DNA of 64,000 nucleotides, taken from the NCBI RefSeq assembly GCF_009914755.1, contig NC_060945.1, one strand, 5' to 3'. Shown piece by piece: positions 41,923 to 54,251 of this stretch (position 1 is the first letter of the stretch; each line of letters begins with the position of its first letter). A model generated the notes under the pieces. The model made no database searches. It saw only the letters and a program-made list of their open reading frames with translations, and was not told the DNA's origin. Source of the stretch: the human T2T-CHM13v2.0 reference genome, Homo sapiens. A program made the translations under genes and the position numbers.

Positions 41923-41991
41923 GTATACCCAGAAAAATGATGGAAAGGAAAAGGAACATGAATTACATCTGGATCAGTCCCTTGAAATCAG
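41923..41991 (+). CDS. TTC3: TTC3 window exon 17 (aa 1586-1609), with a GC 5' splice donor
   Basis: ttatag|GTATAC...ATCAG|gcaaat; 69 nt; YTQKNDGKEKEHELHLDQSLEI(S); the GC donor keeps the frame and total length. Confidence 0.88.
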
Positions 41992-42656
41992 GCAAATTAA
42001 GCTTAAATTTATTTTTAATATATTTTAATACTTTTAATGCCAGGAGTACAAGCACAGTAGACTTTGAAATATATTGTTGCTTGTCTATTTCTTTTAAATA
42101 ATTATGTTTCTGTTTTCTTTATTTCTATTTCTGTTGCATTTTAAAAATTAATTTATAAATATATTCTTTGAATATTTAAATATTTTTATTTTACAAGATT
42201 TCTGCATTTATTTCCCATTGTCAATATAAAAATACTGAATTTATTGTTGTCAACTTTTTTTGGATTAACTTGAAACTATAAACATGTTGTAAAAACTTTT
42301 CTTTTGTGTTACTTGGAATATTCGTCTCCACTGTAGGCTGGTAGTTTGTTGCTGTTATTGCTTTATAATTATAGGTTCATTAAATTTTTACTATGAATCT
42401 ATGCAAAGTTTCCTTTTAACCCTTGCTTGCTAATGGAAATAATATGTTTTCACATACTGCTAACCAGTACATTCAGTGATAAGCAGTTGCATTCTGCTTT
42501 TCTCACTATTGTTTCTTACGCACATTCCCATCCCGGTTTTTGAATAATTTTGTACAGATTTCTTTTTCCCTTTGGGTTCTGTCCTTGTAATATGCGTCAA
42601 AACAGAGTTTCTGGCTCAAAGGATAGGGAATGTTTTATAAAGCTTACTTTTTAAAA

Positions 42657-42943
42657 TTTTTATTTATTTATTTTTTGAGATAGGGTCTTGCTCTGTCACC
42701 CAGGCTGGAATGCAGTAGTGCAGTCATTGCTCACTGCAGACACCATCTCCCAGCTCAAGCAATTCTCTCGCCTCAGCCTCTCGAGTAGCTGGGACTACAG
42801 GCACGCACCACCATTGTATTTTTTGTAGATATAGGGTTTTGCCATGCTGTCTAGGCTGGTCTTGAACTTCTGGGCCCAAGCGATCCGCCTGCCTTGGCCT
42901 CCCAAAGTACTGGGATTACAGGCCTAAGCCACTGTGCCCGGCC
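42657..42943 (-). mobile_element. AluJ-like
   Basis: Reverse dimer. Confidence 0.9.
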
Positions 42944-43265
42944 TATACAGTTTATTAATGTCACCAGATTGTACTCCACCTGCCCTCATAAAAATGGTGA
43001 ACTGGAACAGTACCCTCACCTTGATTCTCAGCATGCCCACCTAATGTGCACTTCCATTTCATATCTGCCTTTGATCACTTATAAAGCACAAAGAGCACAC
43101 TTGAGCCTGTGTATTGTGTAGTAAAATATGAGATGAGAAACTGCTCTGGAAGATGTAGCTGAGGCTATCGTGGTGTGGTTTCAAAGCTCATCCAGCCTGA
43201 AACCTTTGTCATCTCACTGTGAAATTTTGTTCAAGAAAGTTTTTTTTTTCCTTCAATATTTGTAG

Positions 43266-43362
43266 CAACACACTTACAAATGAGAAAATGAAAATAGAAG
43301 AGTATATAAAGAAAGGGAAAGAGGATTATGAAGAGAGTCATCAGAGAGCTGTGGCTGCAGAG
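43266..43362 (+). CDS. TTC3: TTC3 window exon 18 (aa 1609-1641)
   Basis: ttgtag|CAACAC...GCAGAG|gtgagt; 97 nt; NTLTNEKMKIEEYIKKGKEDYEESHQRAVAAE. Confidence 0.94.
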
Positions 43363-44712
43363 GTGAGTCCATGACACTTAGTGACCACTATGGCATTTGT
43401 CATTTGTTTTTGTGTTTCTTTAATGACATATGAGGCATAACAGACATTACTGAAAAGTGTGGTGCATAAAGGATATCCTGTAACCCATAATATATCCTCC
43501 CTAAAACGACCACTCTTTTTCCTTGCCTATAGCCTTGTAATGTTTTACCGGTATTATGTTGTTACTTAAATGCACTCATAGTGTACACCAAATTTTGTAA
43601 CCTGCCTTCCTTATTTACCATTATAATTCAGCCATTTCCTATATTATACACTTTGAATACTTTCATCATATTTAATCAAGTGATGTACCATGAAGTAGCC
43701 AACCATATTTGCCAATACTTGGAAAGGAACTTGAAAATAATCCACATATTAAGAATACGCTCCTTCTGCCCCTAGAAGAATATATAGCAATGTCAGTACA
43801 CTGTTTCAGAAACTACTGAGACAAAAATCAAAATTATGACATCTGGCTGTATTTTATTTAGTTCCAGAAACATGATTCTCTATGTTTCTGTAGCTGAGAA
43901 ACAAATGATATTTATTGGCATATGTGTCTGTGATTATTCTGGTAAAGTAAGAAAAGACTTAGTTTATACAGTCTGCAAACATTAGGCTTTTCAATTAAGA
44001 ATTGACTATGCACCTGCTTCTAAGGACAGGAAAGGAAAAAGAGCCAAAGTATGAATACTTTTTGGGTCCTACACCAGCATCCGTATTCCTGAGCTTGTTT
44101 AATTCACACCACCGTTTGGTAAGCAGGTTTGCCTGGTGGGCCCTGTCAAGTTTACTGACACCTGGATTAAAAGGCTATTTAATGGATCATTTGGACCATG
44201 AGGCCATTTTACATTTCCTGCAGTGATTCTCACAAAAATGGCCAGTTGGTTTGTGGGGAAGCCACAGAGAGTCTAAAATCTTAAAAGCATACCCCGAAGG
44301 CTTTTGATGCCCTTGCCGAGAACAGCTTCTCTGAGGCTTTTCTAAACTTGCAGAGGATGCAGCCTTTATTAAGGGTTATTCTGCTGCAGGACCATAGGTA
44401 ATGCACACTCGTGTACACATGCAGTTAACCTGGCTCTGTGCTTATATATAGCTTAAGCAGAAAGCCATGTACAGTTATTCATATCTGCAAAAAGGATCAT
44501 GGAAGGTATGCATTTGTGATGTCATTTTGTTCTGTTTTCAAATCTCAAAGTCTAATTCATGTTCACCTATGATACAATCAAGTTCTGATGATTCTGTCAT
44601 GCTTCATTTAAGGAGAAATGGGAAAGTGGTTTGAATGTTTAAGTTTTAACCTTTAAAATAGTTTCAGGCTGTCATTTGTAAAATACTCATATGTCTTCTG
44701 ATCTACTGGCAG

Positions 44713-44813
44713 GTATCCGTACTTGAAAACTGGAAGGAGAGTGAAGTGTATAAGCTACAGATCATGGAGTCACAAGCAGAAGCCTTTCTGAAGAAGCTGG
44801 GGCTGATTAGCCG
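44713..44813 (+). CDS. TTC3: TTC3 window exon 19 (aa 1642-1675)
   Basis: ggcag|GTATCC...AGCCG|gtattg; 101 nt; VSVLENWKESEVYKLQIMESQAEAFLKKLGLIS. Confidence 0.93.
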
Positions 44814-45431
44814 GTATTGCAGTTTCGTGGGTGTTCTCAGCACGTCATTTAGAAGATAAAGCTAGGACCATTTGAGAAAAACATTATTTTGTATTAGGAC
44901 CATTTTATTTTTAATAGTTATATAATTGATACATGTTCAATTGTAGAAAAGTTAAGACATACAAACAAAAATGATAAAAATCATTCCTAATTCTAAATGG
45001 ATAGATAACATTTGTATTTTGGAATAAATTCATGAAGTGTTTGAAAAAATGAAAATTTATGAATTATTTTTACTAAATAGTATATAGGAAATTTATTTTC
45101 ATATTGGTAATTACATATCTCCAACCTAATTTTGAAAAGTTGGATAGTAATTGAGCATAGAAACATGTCATGATTTACCAAACACTGCTGTGCTGGAACA
45201 GTGGAGTTGTTTGTGAATTTGTGTTAATATAAGCCACCCTGCAGTGAGCATCCTTATAGTTAACTTTTTATGCACATTATTAGTCATTTCCATGCAGTAA
45301 AATTTGGAATGAAGATCACATTTTCAAGGCTTTTAAAATTTTTTGCCAAGTTGCTTTCCATAGTAGCTATTATTTAACAGTCTGCATGACAGCATGCGAG
45401 AATGTTTACAAAGTATATTCACACATGTTAA

Positions 45432-45760
<329 letters not shown>

Positions 45761-45762
45761 CT

Positions 45763-46090
45763 TGTTCTTGTTTGTTTGTTTTTGAGATGGAGTCTCGCTC
45801 TGTCGCCCATGCTGGAGTGTAGTGGCGTGATCTCGGCTCACTGCAAGCTCTGCCTCCCGAGTTCACGCCATTCTCCTGCCTTAGCCTCCTGAGTAGCTGA
45901 GACTACAGGTGCCCGCCACCACTCCCAGCTAACTTTTTGTATTTTTAGTAGAGATGAATTTCACCATATTAGCCAGGGTGGTCTCAATCTCCTCATCTTG
46001 TGATCCACCCACCTTGGCCTCCCAAAGTGCTAGGATTACAGGAGTGCCTCCCAAAGTGCTGGGATTACAGGAGTGAGCCACCACGCCGGC
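45763..46090 (-). mobile_element. AluY-like with an internal ~29-nt duplication
   Basis: gcaagctctgcctcccgagttcacgccattc; gcctcccaaagtgct(a/g)ggattacaggagt occurs twice at ~46017-46075. Confidence 0.9.
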
Positions 46091-46336
46091 CGGCCTTGTT
46101 TGTTTTTAAGATAAGGCTTGCCTGGGATTCCTAGAGGATCTTCTTCACCCTAGTACTTAGCACTTCTCTATGTGGGATTACTTTTCATTGAGTCCTTTTA
46201 CCATGTTCTATACACAGATTTTGTGTTTTTAATCCCAGGGTTTTGATCCTTCCTGGTGCTTGCCTTTTGATTCAAATTTCAAACCCTCAGCATTGAACCA
46301 GAGATTGTGTGAATCACGGACAGTTTTAGTGTATAG

Positions 46337-46652
<316 letters not shown>

Positions 46653-47079
46653 CTTCTTCATTTTCAAGATTTAATTTTTTTTCATGAGAAAACTTTTCTG
46701 ATTAAAAGTAAAATGCTGATTTAGAATATAGGACTAGTACAGCTGAGGTTGAGACCAAGTGGTAGTCAACCGCCTGTACTAAGCACCCACCATAGGCTGC
46801 ATTGTGGCTCATCTGGGAAACAAAGATAATCTCAGACTCATTTCATCTAATAGTATCAACTCTTCCAATAAACGGTAGAGTATACAAAGATTCTTTCTTC
46901 AGGATGCCATGCTAACTCTGCCTTCTCCACCAAAGTATAGAAACATAGAAAAGGGGTAAAAAGAATGCTCTGTTTTTTCTTCAATATGTATAATGAGGTC
47001 TTACTATACCCACAGATTGGTAGTGTTTTTGATCTTCTCAATTAGGAGTAGTCAATTTATCTGTCACTTTCAATAGACC

Positions 47080-47118
47080 AGATTCATGAGGTGCTGAGAT
47101 TCATGAGGTGCTGAGATT
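47080..47118. repeat. 17-nt tandem duplication
   Basis: AGATTCATGAGGTGCTG x2 followed by AGATT. Confidence 0.85.
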
Positions 47119-47551
47119 ATAAATTTATCTTAGGCTCATCCTTTATTTTTATATTAAGGTAATGATTAGGGTTTGATTGGAATCTTTTGAATGTTTCAGA
47201 CTACCTTTTTAAAAAATCTTTAAATGCAGACGCTGTCTTTAATATTAAACATAAAGATGTCAGATGAAGAACGGTCAAACTTTCAAATTTGGGAAAAGAA
47301 CTTAAAATTCAGGAGACTTATTTTCTCTCTGCCCTTCGGTTTTAGAGTTTTTGTTATATTAATAATTAAAATTTTCTAAAGTGTCTCTAGTGGCAAGTTT
47401 ACAAGATAAGCAATTCCTTAAAAATAGTTGGATTTTTGTGTGTATGTGATTATGTTAAATGTCTCTTTTGCTCATGTTTAGATGTTTATTTGACCGTAAG
47501 TGCTTTTAATTTTTAAAATTTCTAAAGCAGTTTTATATTATACTTTTTCAG

Positions 47552-47642
47552 TGATCCTGCAGCATATCCTGACATGGAGTCTGATATACGTTCATGGGAA
47601 TTGTTTCTTTCTAATGTTACAAAAGAAATTGAGAAAGCAAAG
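47552..47642 (+). CDS. TTC3: TTC3 window exon 20 (aa 1675-1705)
   Basis: tttcag|TGATCC...GCAAAG|gtaagt; 91 nt; DPAAYPDMESDIRSWELFLSNVTKEIEKAK. Confidence 0.95.
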
Positions 47643-47765
47643 GTAAGTTGTAAACATCTTTTAATCCCATCAAAATCTTTATGATAGTTATAATTCTCGG
47701 GAGGCTGGTGTCATATTGAATCTATTTCTTTTTTATCTATTATTATCAATAATTTTTTTTGTTGA

Positions 47766-48106
<341 letters not shown>

Positions 48107-48329
48107 GGAAGTAGTGATATTTTCTTAATTAAATTAACCATCTTGACCTCTGCCTTGATTGGTAAGATTAGAGGAGTTATGTTTGAAAAGGCTTTGGAGC
48201 ATTCGGTTTAATGAGGTCTTATTTTGAATTTCCTTACCAAGACAGTTATGTTTCATTTATAATGTGTAGGAAGAAACAAAGTATTAATTGACAATTGTGG
48301 TTTTCCCACACTTTACTTTCTACTCACAG

Positions 48330-48431
48330 TCTCAGTTTGAAGAACAAATTAAGGCAATTAAAAATGGTTCTCGGCTCAGTGAACTTTCTAAAGTGCAGAT
48401 TTCTGAGCTTTCATTTCCTGCCTGTAACACG
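48330..48431 (+). CDS. TTC3: TTC3 window exon 21 (aa 1706-1739)
   Basis: tcacag|TCTCAG...AACACG|gtaagt; 102 nt; SQFEEQIKAIKNGSRLSELSKVQISELSFPACNT. Confidence 0.94.
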
Positions 48432-48707
48432 GTAAGTCTAGCACATCTTTTTTTTTTTTTTAAACCATAATTCATTTGTTAACTGGCCAAAGTAGTTATT
48501 TGTTGTTGTTTCCTGGGAGTGAGGATGAGATTGGTTAATAATTGCCTTAATGTTTCATTATTGGTGCTACTGATTAACCTTTTAAGCTTTATAACATTCT
48601 TATATAAAATAGATCAGTCTTTCTACATCTGTATGAGGGATGGACTGAGATGAATACACCATTGCTACATTTCTATCACTCTCATGTTCCTTGGCCTGTC
48701 TTCTATC

Positions 48708-48710
<3 letters not shown>

Positions 48711-48748
<38 letters not shown>
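48711..48748. repeat. (GT)19 microsatellite
   Basis: Perfect GT dinucleotide run. Confidence 0.95.
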
Positions 48749-48749
<1 letters not shown>

Positions 48750-50414
48750 GTATATGTATTCCTGACTTTGAACAAATAATCCAGGAGTAGCAGTTGCCTG
48801 TTGCGCACTGCTTTTGTGATTCAAGCAGGCCGCTATCACCACCTCAGATTATACTCTTATTCCTAGATATTTGGGACATAAGACCAAAATCTAAAAATTA
48901 AGAGGTTTCCTCCTCAAATACAGAATAAAAGCTGCTATGCCTGAGGCATACAGGGCTTTGTTGGTCCGGCACATCATATTTTACTATTTGTTTGAGGTAT
49001 TTGCCGAATCTTGTTAATAACAGTGAATAATCTTGTCTTTTTATTTTAATATACACAGCACAGTAAAGAAAAGCATTAATTGCATTTTGTGGACTTTACA
49101 ACATGGCTAAACCCATATTTCTTAGATTTGGACATAGATAGATGCTTAGTAAATACTAAATTGAAATGAATTAGGCCCAGAGGAGATCAGACCATAGGAA
49201 TTTAAAGTTAGATCTTGAGAGAAAACTTAGGTAAAAAAGAAAAACAAAATTAAAGGAGGACTGTGTGTGAGAGTTGAAAGATATAAGTTCCAGAATGTTG
49301 TGGCAGGACAGTGAAATCTTCTGGTTCCTAAAGACGGAGGAGACTCTCTCCCAGCACCTGACTTCCACCCTCCCACTACTGCCAGACCTTTGCCTGGGCT
49401 GTTCCTAGCCTGGAGCACTGTCCCCGCTCTGCATCCTGCCTTCCCCTGAAACCCCGTCAGGGGCTGCCCTCTTTTGGCCTCCCACTGTGTCCCTTCTCTC
49501 ATGTGCATTAGATCTCAGCCTGGCCTTGAATGTCTCTTTCTCACCAGTACCTTGCACAGTAAACATTCAAACTTACTGTGAATTCATCTGAAAAAAAAAA
49601 AAATTAAGTGTGGAAAAAGTGTGACCACCCTGAACTGAGTAAAATATTCTGTTGAGATCCAGTTTTTTCTCTCCATTGAATGTGCAGTTTTAGTTAGAAT
49701 TACACTAAAGGGCACTTATCATTTATCGTTTTTCCAAGTTCTTGTAACAGATATGTATAGAGAAAACGTTGGCTCTCAATAGGATATTTTACTGTTAGTT
49801 TGTAATCCTAGCTTATGTTATTTTATCAATACTCAAAAGGATTTTCATATCCTAAATTCTGGGAACTCTTAGTGTGCCAGGAGCTTGAGTAATAAGTGTG
49901 CCTAAAAATTATTTGTATCTCATTTCTCCCTCATTCATTCATTCGGTAATTAGTGGTGATAAAGACTGATGTGGGCTGTGCCCTCAAAGTGCACATGGAC
50001 TTGGGGAAAGGCAGACTTTAAACCCATTGTTACCTGCAGCAGAGTGAGGTTTCTCATGGCAGAATGCTGGAGCGGCGTGGATCAGGGGCCACTAACCTAA
50101 TCTAGAGGTGTGGCCTCAGCGGGAGATTCCCAGTTGGAAGTCTCCCAGAGACAGAGATCTGCAATAGGAACTTACCAGACAAAGGAGTGAGAGGGGTGTG
50201 TTTGGACGGTTAGAGTTCCAGATGGAACACACAGTGCTCCTGGAGCCTAGAGAGACAGAGAACACACTCCTTTCATACTGTAATAGAAGCCCAGTATGAC
50301 GCAGGGGCAAAGCCAATGGAGCCTTCTTCTCTAAGCTGTGTTACAGCAGCTTAGACACTTCTAGCTTCATTAGACCAGACAGGATAGGTCTCAAATAAGG
50401 GAACAGCAGCAGAA

Positions 50415-51018
50415 CAGGAGTCCCTCCTTCTTCATGGCTTCGCTTTCCGTGGTTTCGGTTATCCGCAGTCAACCGCAGTTAGAAAATACTCAATGGAAAA
50501 TTCCAGAAATACATAATTCCTAAGTTTTAAATTGCACACTGTTTTGAGTAGCGTGATGAAATCTGTATTCTCACATGGTCACATTGTGACCTCCTCCCTT
50601 TGTCCAGTGTTTTCATGCTGTTGCTGCTCCCTGCCCGCGAGCCACTTAGAAGCTGATTTGGTGACCAGATGAACTTCTCGCGTTACCCCAGTGCCTGTGT
50701 TCAAGTCACCCCTATTTTACTCCATAATGGCCCCAAAGCATGGGAGTAATGATGCTGGTCAATCAGATATGCCATAGAGAAGCAATATATTGCTTCCTTT
50801 AAGTGAAAAGCTGAAAGTTCTCAACCCAATAAGGAAAGAGAAAAGATCGTATCCTGAGGTTGCTAAGATCTATGGTCAGAACAAATCTACCCATGATATT
50901 GTGAAGAAGGAAAAAGAAATTCATGTACAGTATATGTAGGGTTCGGTACTCTTTGCGACCTCAGGCATTCACTGGGGGGTCTCAGAATGTATCCCTGAGG
51001 ATTACGGGAAGCTACTAT
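50415..51018 (+). mobile_element. MER44 (long form; Tigger7-derived TcMar DNA transposon)
   Basis: Degenerate TIRs caggagtccctccttcttcatgg ... ctgaggattacgggaagctacta; internal ggaaaattccagaaata...aagttttaaattgcac consensus. Confidence 0.8.
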
Positions 51019-51900
51019 GCTTTTTGAAGATGAGCTTGCCACTAATGTGGGGGAATGTTGGGGAGGGGCTTGAGTGATTTCCATTTGTTCGATTATCAGT
51101 TTATTGCCATCAGCCTGTCCTGGATGGGGCATGGCAGTGGGGGTGGAGGGAAGAGAACAGATGTGAGAGGTGATTGGGGGTACATTTACAGGTGCCATGC
51201 TGCTCAGGAGACCAGGCCCCATGTGTCCACGTGGGAGTTGAGGGTGAGTCTTGGGCTTCCGTCCAGGAGTACTAGGGGAAGAGCAGGACTGGGGAGGCTG
51301 CCTGAGGCTGGTTTCCAAAACACTGACTTTGAGTTGCCTTGGAATCACCCAAGTGGATTTGCAGATTTGGATCTCAGGAAAATATTCTAGACTGCAAACT
51401 TTTAAAAAGATTTGGCCTCAGGCAGCTGCATGGGGAGGAGTGTCAGCACTGCAGGCGTGGACGGAGGCCTGAGAGCTGCCAGGAGAGCTGGCAGGGAAGA
51501 GGAGGCGGCCCCCTGGGATGGAGACAGCTCTGGGGAGTGTGGTGGCCATGATGTTCCATCTGTCAGCTACATGGTTTAGCTCAGAAGGGGAAAAGTGTAA
51601 CCAGGTAGAGGCTGAAGGAGGGCCAGTAGGCAGGCAAAATGGTCTCATCTTACAGAGAAAATAGTGACTTATAGAGATAATTATTTAGAAGTCTGAGCCC
51701 TCCTACTCTTGTTCTAATAACTAACAAGTTATTGTCAAGAATTCTTTTAAAACGAAAATATTTAATTCATGGTATTCAGGTTTCCTGTGCACGGAGCCTC
51801 TGCGCTGCGTTACTGTATTTATTCATCGGCCTTTGTCCTTGGGCGTTTCATCCTTCAAGGGAAGCCCTAAGTGATCCATGGTGTGGTGTGTTCCTCACAG

Positions 51901-52262
51901 GTTCATCCCGAGTTACTCCCTGAGTCTTCAGGCGACGATGGCCAAGGGCTTGTGACTTCTGCAAGCGACGTGACTGGAAACCACGCAGCACTTCACAGGG
52001 ATCCTAGTGTGTTCTCTGCTGGTGATTCCCCAGGGGAGGCTCCTTCTGCGCTGTTGCCAGGGCCACCCCCTGGTCAGCCTGAAGCCACTCAGCTGACAGG
52101 GCCAAAACGGGCTGGCCAGGCAGCTCTGTCAGAACGAAGCCCTGTGGCTGATCGGAAGCAGCCTGTTCCTCCAGGACGTGCTGCGCGTTCAAGCCAGTCT
52201 CCAAAAAAGCCGTTCAATAGTATTATTGAGCACCTGTCAGTGGTATTCCCATGTTACAACAG
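51901..52262 (+). CDS. TTC3: TTC3 window exon 22 (aa 1740-1860; low-complexity P/G/S region)
   Basis: tcacag|GTTCAT...AACAG|gtatga; 362 nt; overlaps ORF 51871..52311. Confidence 0.96.
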
Positions 52263-52455
52263 GTATGAACAGAAAATGTCTGTGACTGTGTTTAATACTT
52301 TATCGAACTGAGGTTTCCTGATTAGATAAAATCATGGCTAGTTAGGTGTTAACATGAAAAGGGTTGCATAATTGTTTTGCTCAGAAAGACAGTTGCTACA
52401 TTTCTTTCTTTTTGTAAATATAGAGATAAGTATTTTCAAATAAATTGGTGGGTTT

Positions 52456-52763
52456 TTTCTTTCTTTTTTTTTTTTTTTTTGAGACAGAGTCTCACTCTGT
52501 TGCCTAGGCTGGAGTGCTGTGGCACAGTCTCGGCTCCCTGCAACCTCTCCCTCCCGAGTTCAAGCGATTCTCCTGCCTCAGCCTCCTGAGAAGCTGGGAT
52601 TATAGGCATGCATGACTAAGCCTGGCTAATTTTTGTATTTTTAGTACAGGTGGGGTTTCACCATGTTGGCCAGGCTGGTCTCGAACTTCTGACCTCAAGT
52701 GATTCACCCGCCTTGGCCTCCCAAAGTGCTGGGGTTACAGGCATGAGACGCCACACCCAGCCT
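52456..52763 (-). mobile_element. AluSx-like
   Basis: Reverse dimer. Confidence 0.92.
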
Positions 52764-53406
52764 CAAATAAATTTTTTAATGTGCATATGTAAATTGAAAA
52801 CATTGAGCACTGGGTAATATTCATCAGAACCCATGACAATTTGCTAAGATTTTGATGAGACCAATAGCACTGTCTAAAACTAGTGTTATAGTATCAATAA
52901 ATGAACGCAAAACAATAATTTTGCATCATTTGGGGGGACAAAATTATATATAGCAAAGAAGGCAGCAGCAACTTAAACCTTGTTATATAAGACCTCTGAT
53001 TTGTTAGAGTGTGAGGTTGAAGACTGGATGGAATTCCATAGTGAATGGGGCATGTGGACATGTTAACAAGGGGTCCTTGTGAATGTGGGAAAAAGCTGCC
53101 CTTACCTGAGTGAGCAAGAGCTGTAAATAGAGTTGGGATGATGGCAGGCTCTTCAGTAGCGTTTCTGCCTCCACCTCTGGTTTCCGCTGTTCAGGTTGTT
53201 ACGAGGGGGACAGAGTTGCCTCTTGTCTCAGCTGTGAAAGATGATGAGGTAGAGGCGGTGTCTCTGAAGTGCAGCTCGGATCAAAGGACTCTATGCTCAG
53301 GAATGACCTTTGGCATGTGCCCTATTATTTCAGTTTCTGAGACAGTGTTAATTACAGGCTTCAAAATTGAAATTTGTAAACAATGGGGCAGTTAAAATAT
53401 GATTAG

Positions 53407-53628
53407 CCAGCAGGCATGGTGGCTCACGCCAGGCCGAGGCAGGTGGATCACCTGAGGTCAGGAGTTCGGGACCAGCCTGACCAACATGGTGAAACCCCAT
53501 CTCTTCTTAAAAAAAAATGGCAAAACTCGCTTGAACCTGAGAGGCAGAGGTTGCAGTGAGCAGGGATCGCGCCACTGCCCTCCAGCCTGGGCAACAGAGT
53601 GAGACACTGTCTCAAAAAAAAAAAAAAA
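53407..53628 (+). mobile_element. AluS with internal deletions
   Basis: Alu left- and right-arm motifs with two gaps; A tail. Confidence 0.85.
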
Positions 53629-53795
53629 GTTATGCTTTTTAGATAGTTATTGTTGTTATCAGTGGTCTTCAGATTAATTTTATGTGCATTTGTCTTTGTT
53701 TCTTTGGGTTGGGCTGTTGGATTAATATTGGCATGTAATATTTCTTAGCAGTAGAGAACTTTCTGTTGTCATTCATCACTCACTCTCCCTTTCAG

Positions 53796-53922
53796 CACTG
53801 AGCTTGCTGGTTTTATTAAAAAAGTGCGAAGCAAAAACAAGAACTCACTCTCAGGATTGAGTATTGATGAAATTGTCCAAAGAGTGACAGAACACATTCT
53901 AGATGAACAGAAAAAGAAAAAG
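53796..53922 (+). CDS. TTC3: TTC3 window exon 23 (aa 1860-1902)
   Basis: tttcag|CACTGA...AAAAAG|gtattt; 127 nt; TELAGFIKKVRSKNKNSLSGLSIDEIVQRVTEHILDEQKKKK. Confidence 0.94.
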
Positions 53923-54107
53923 GTATTTTATCTAGATGTTCCAGTTTATCCTTATTTATTTATAAAATATGAGAATTGTTAAAAAAAAAAAAAAGCTTCA
54001 AACCAAAACCTAGAGAGCAATGTACTAAAGACAGAAGATGGTCAAGTTGTTGGATAACTGGTTGCTTCCCTCTTGTCCCCTCCCCGCCACCCCTGTTATT
54101 TTCGCAG

Positions 54108-54251
54108 CCAAACCCAGGAAAGGACAAGAGGACTTATGAGCCCAGCTCTGCCACCCCCGTGACCAGGTCCTCCCAGGGCTCACCCTCGGTGGTTGTTGCA
54201 CCATCACCCAAAACCAAGGGGCAGAAAGCAGAAGATGTCCCTGTGAGGATT
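54108..54251 (+). CDS. TTC3: TTC3 window exon 24 (aa 1903-1950)
   Basis: tcgcag|CCAAAC...AGGATT|gtatgt; 144 nt; PNPGKDKRTYEPSS...AEDVPVRI; an alternative in-frame donor lies after 54242. Confidence 0.9.

Noticed and set aside
50887-51648. Cluster of overlapping 70-153 aa ORFs in a GC-richer intron segment
   Set aside because: They partly overlap MER44, have no recognisable protein features, and are expected by chance at higher GC.
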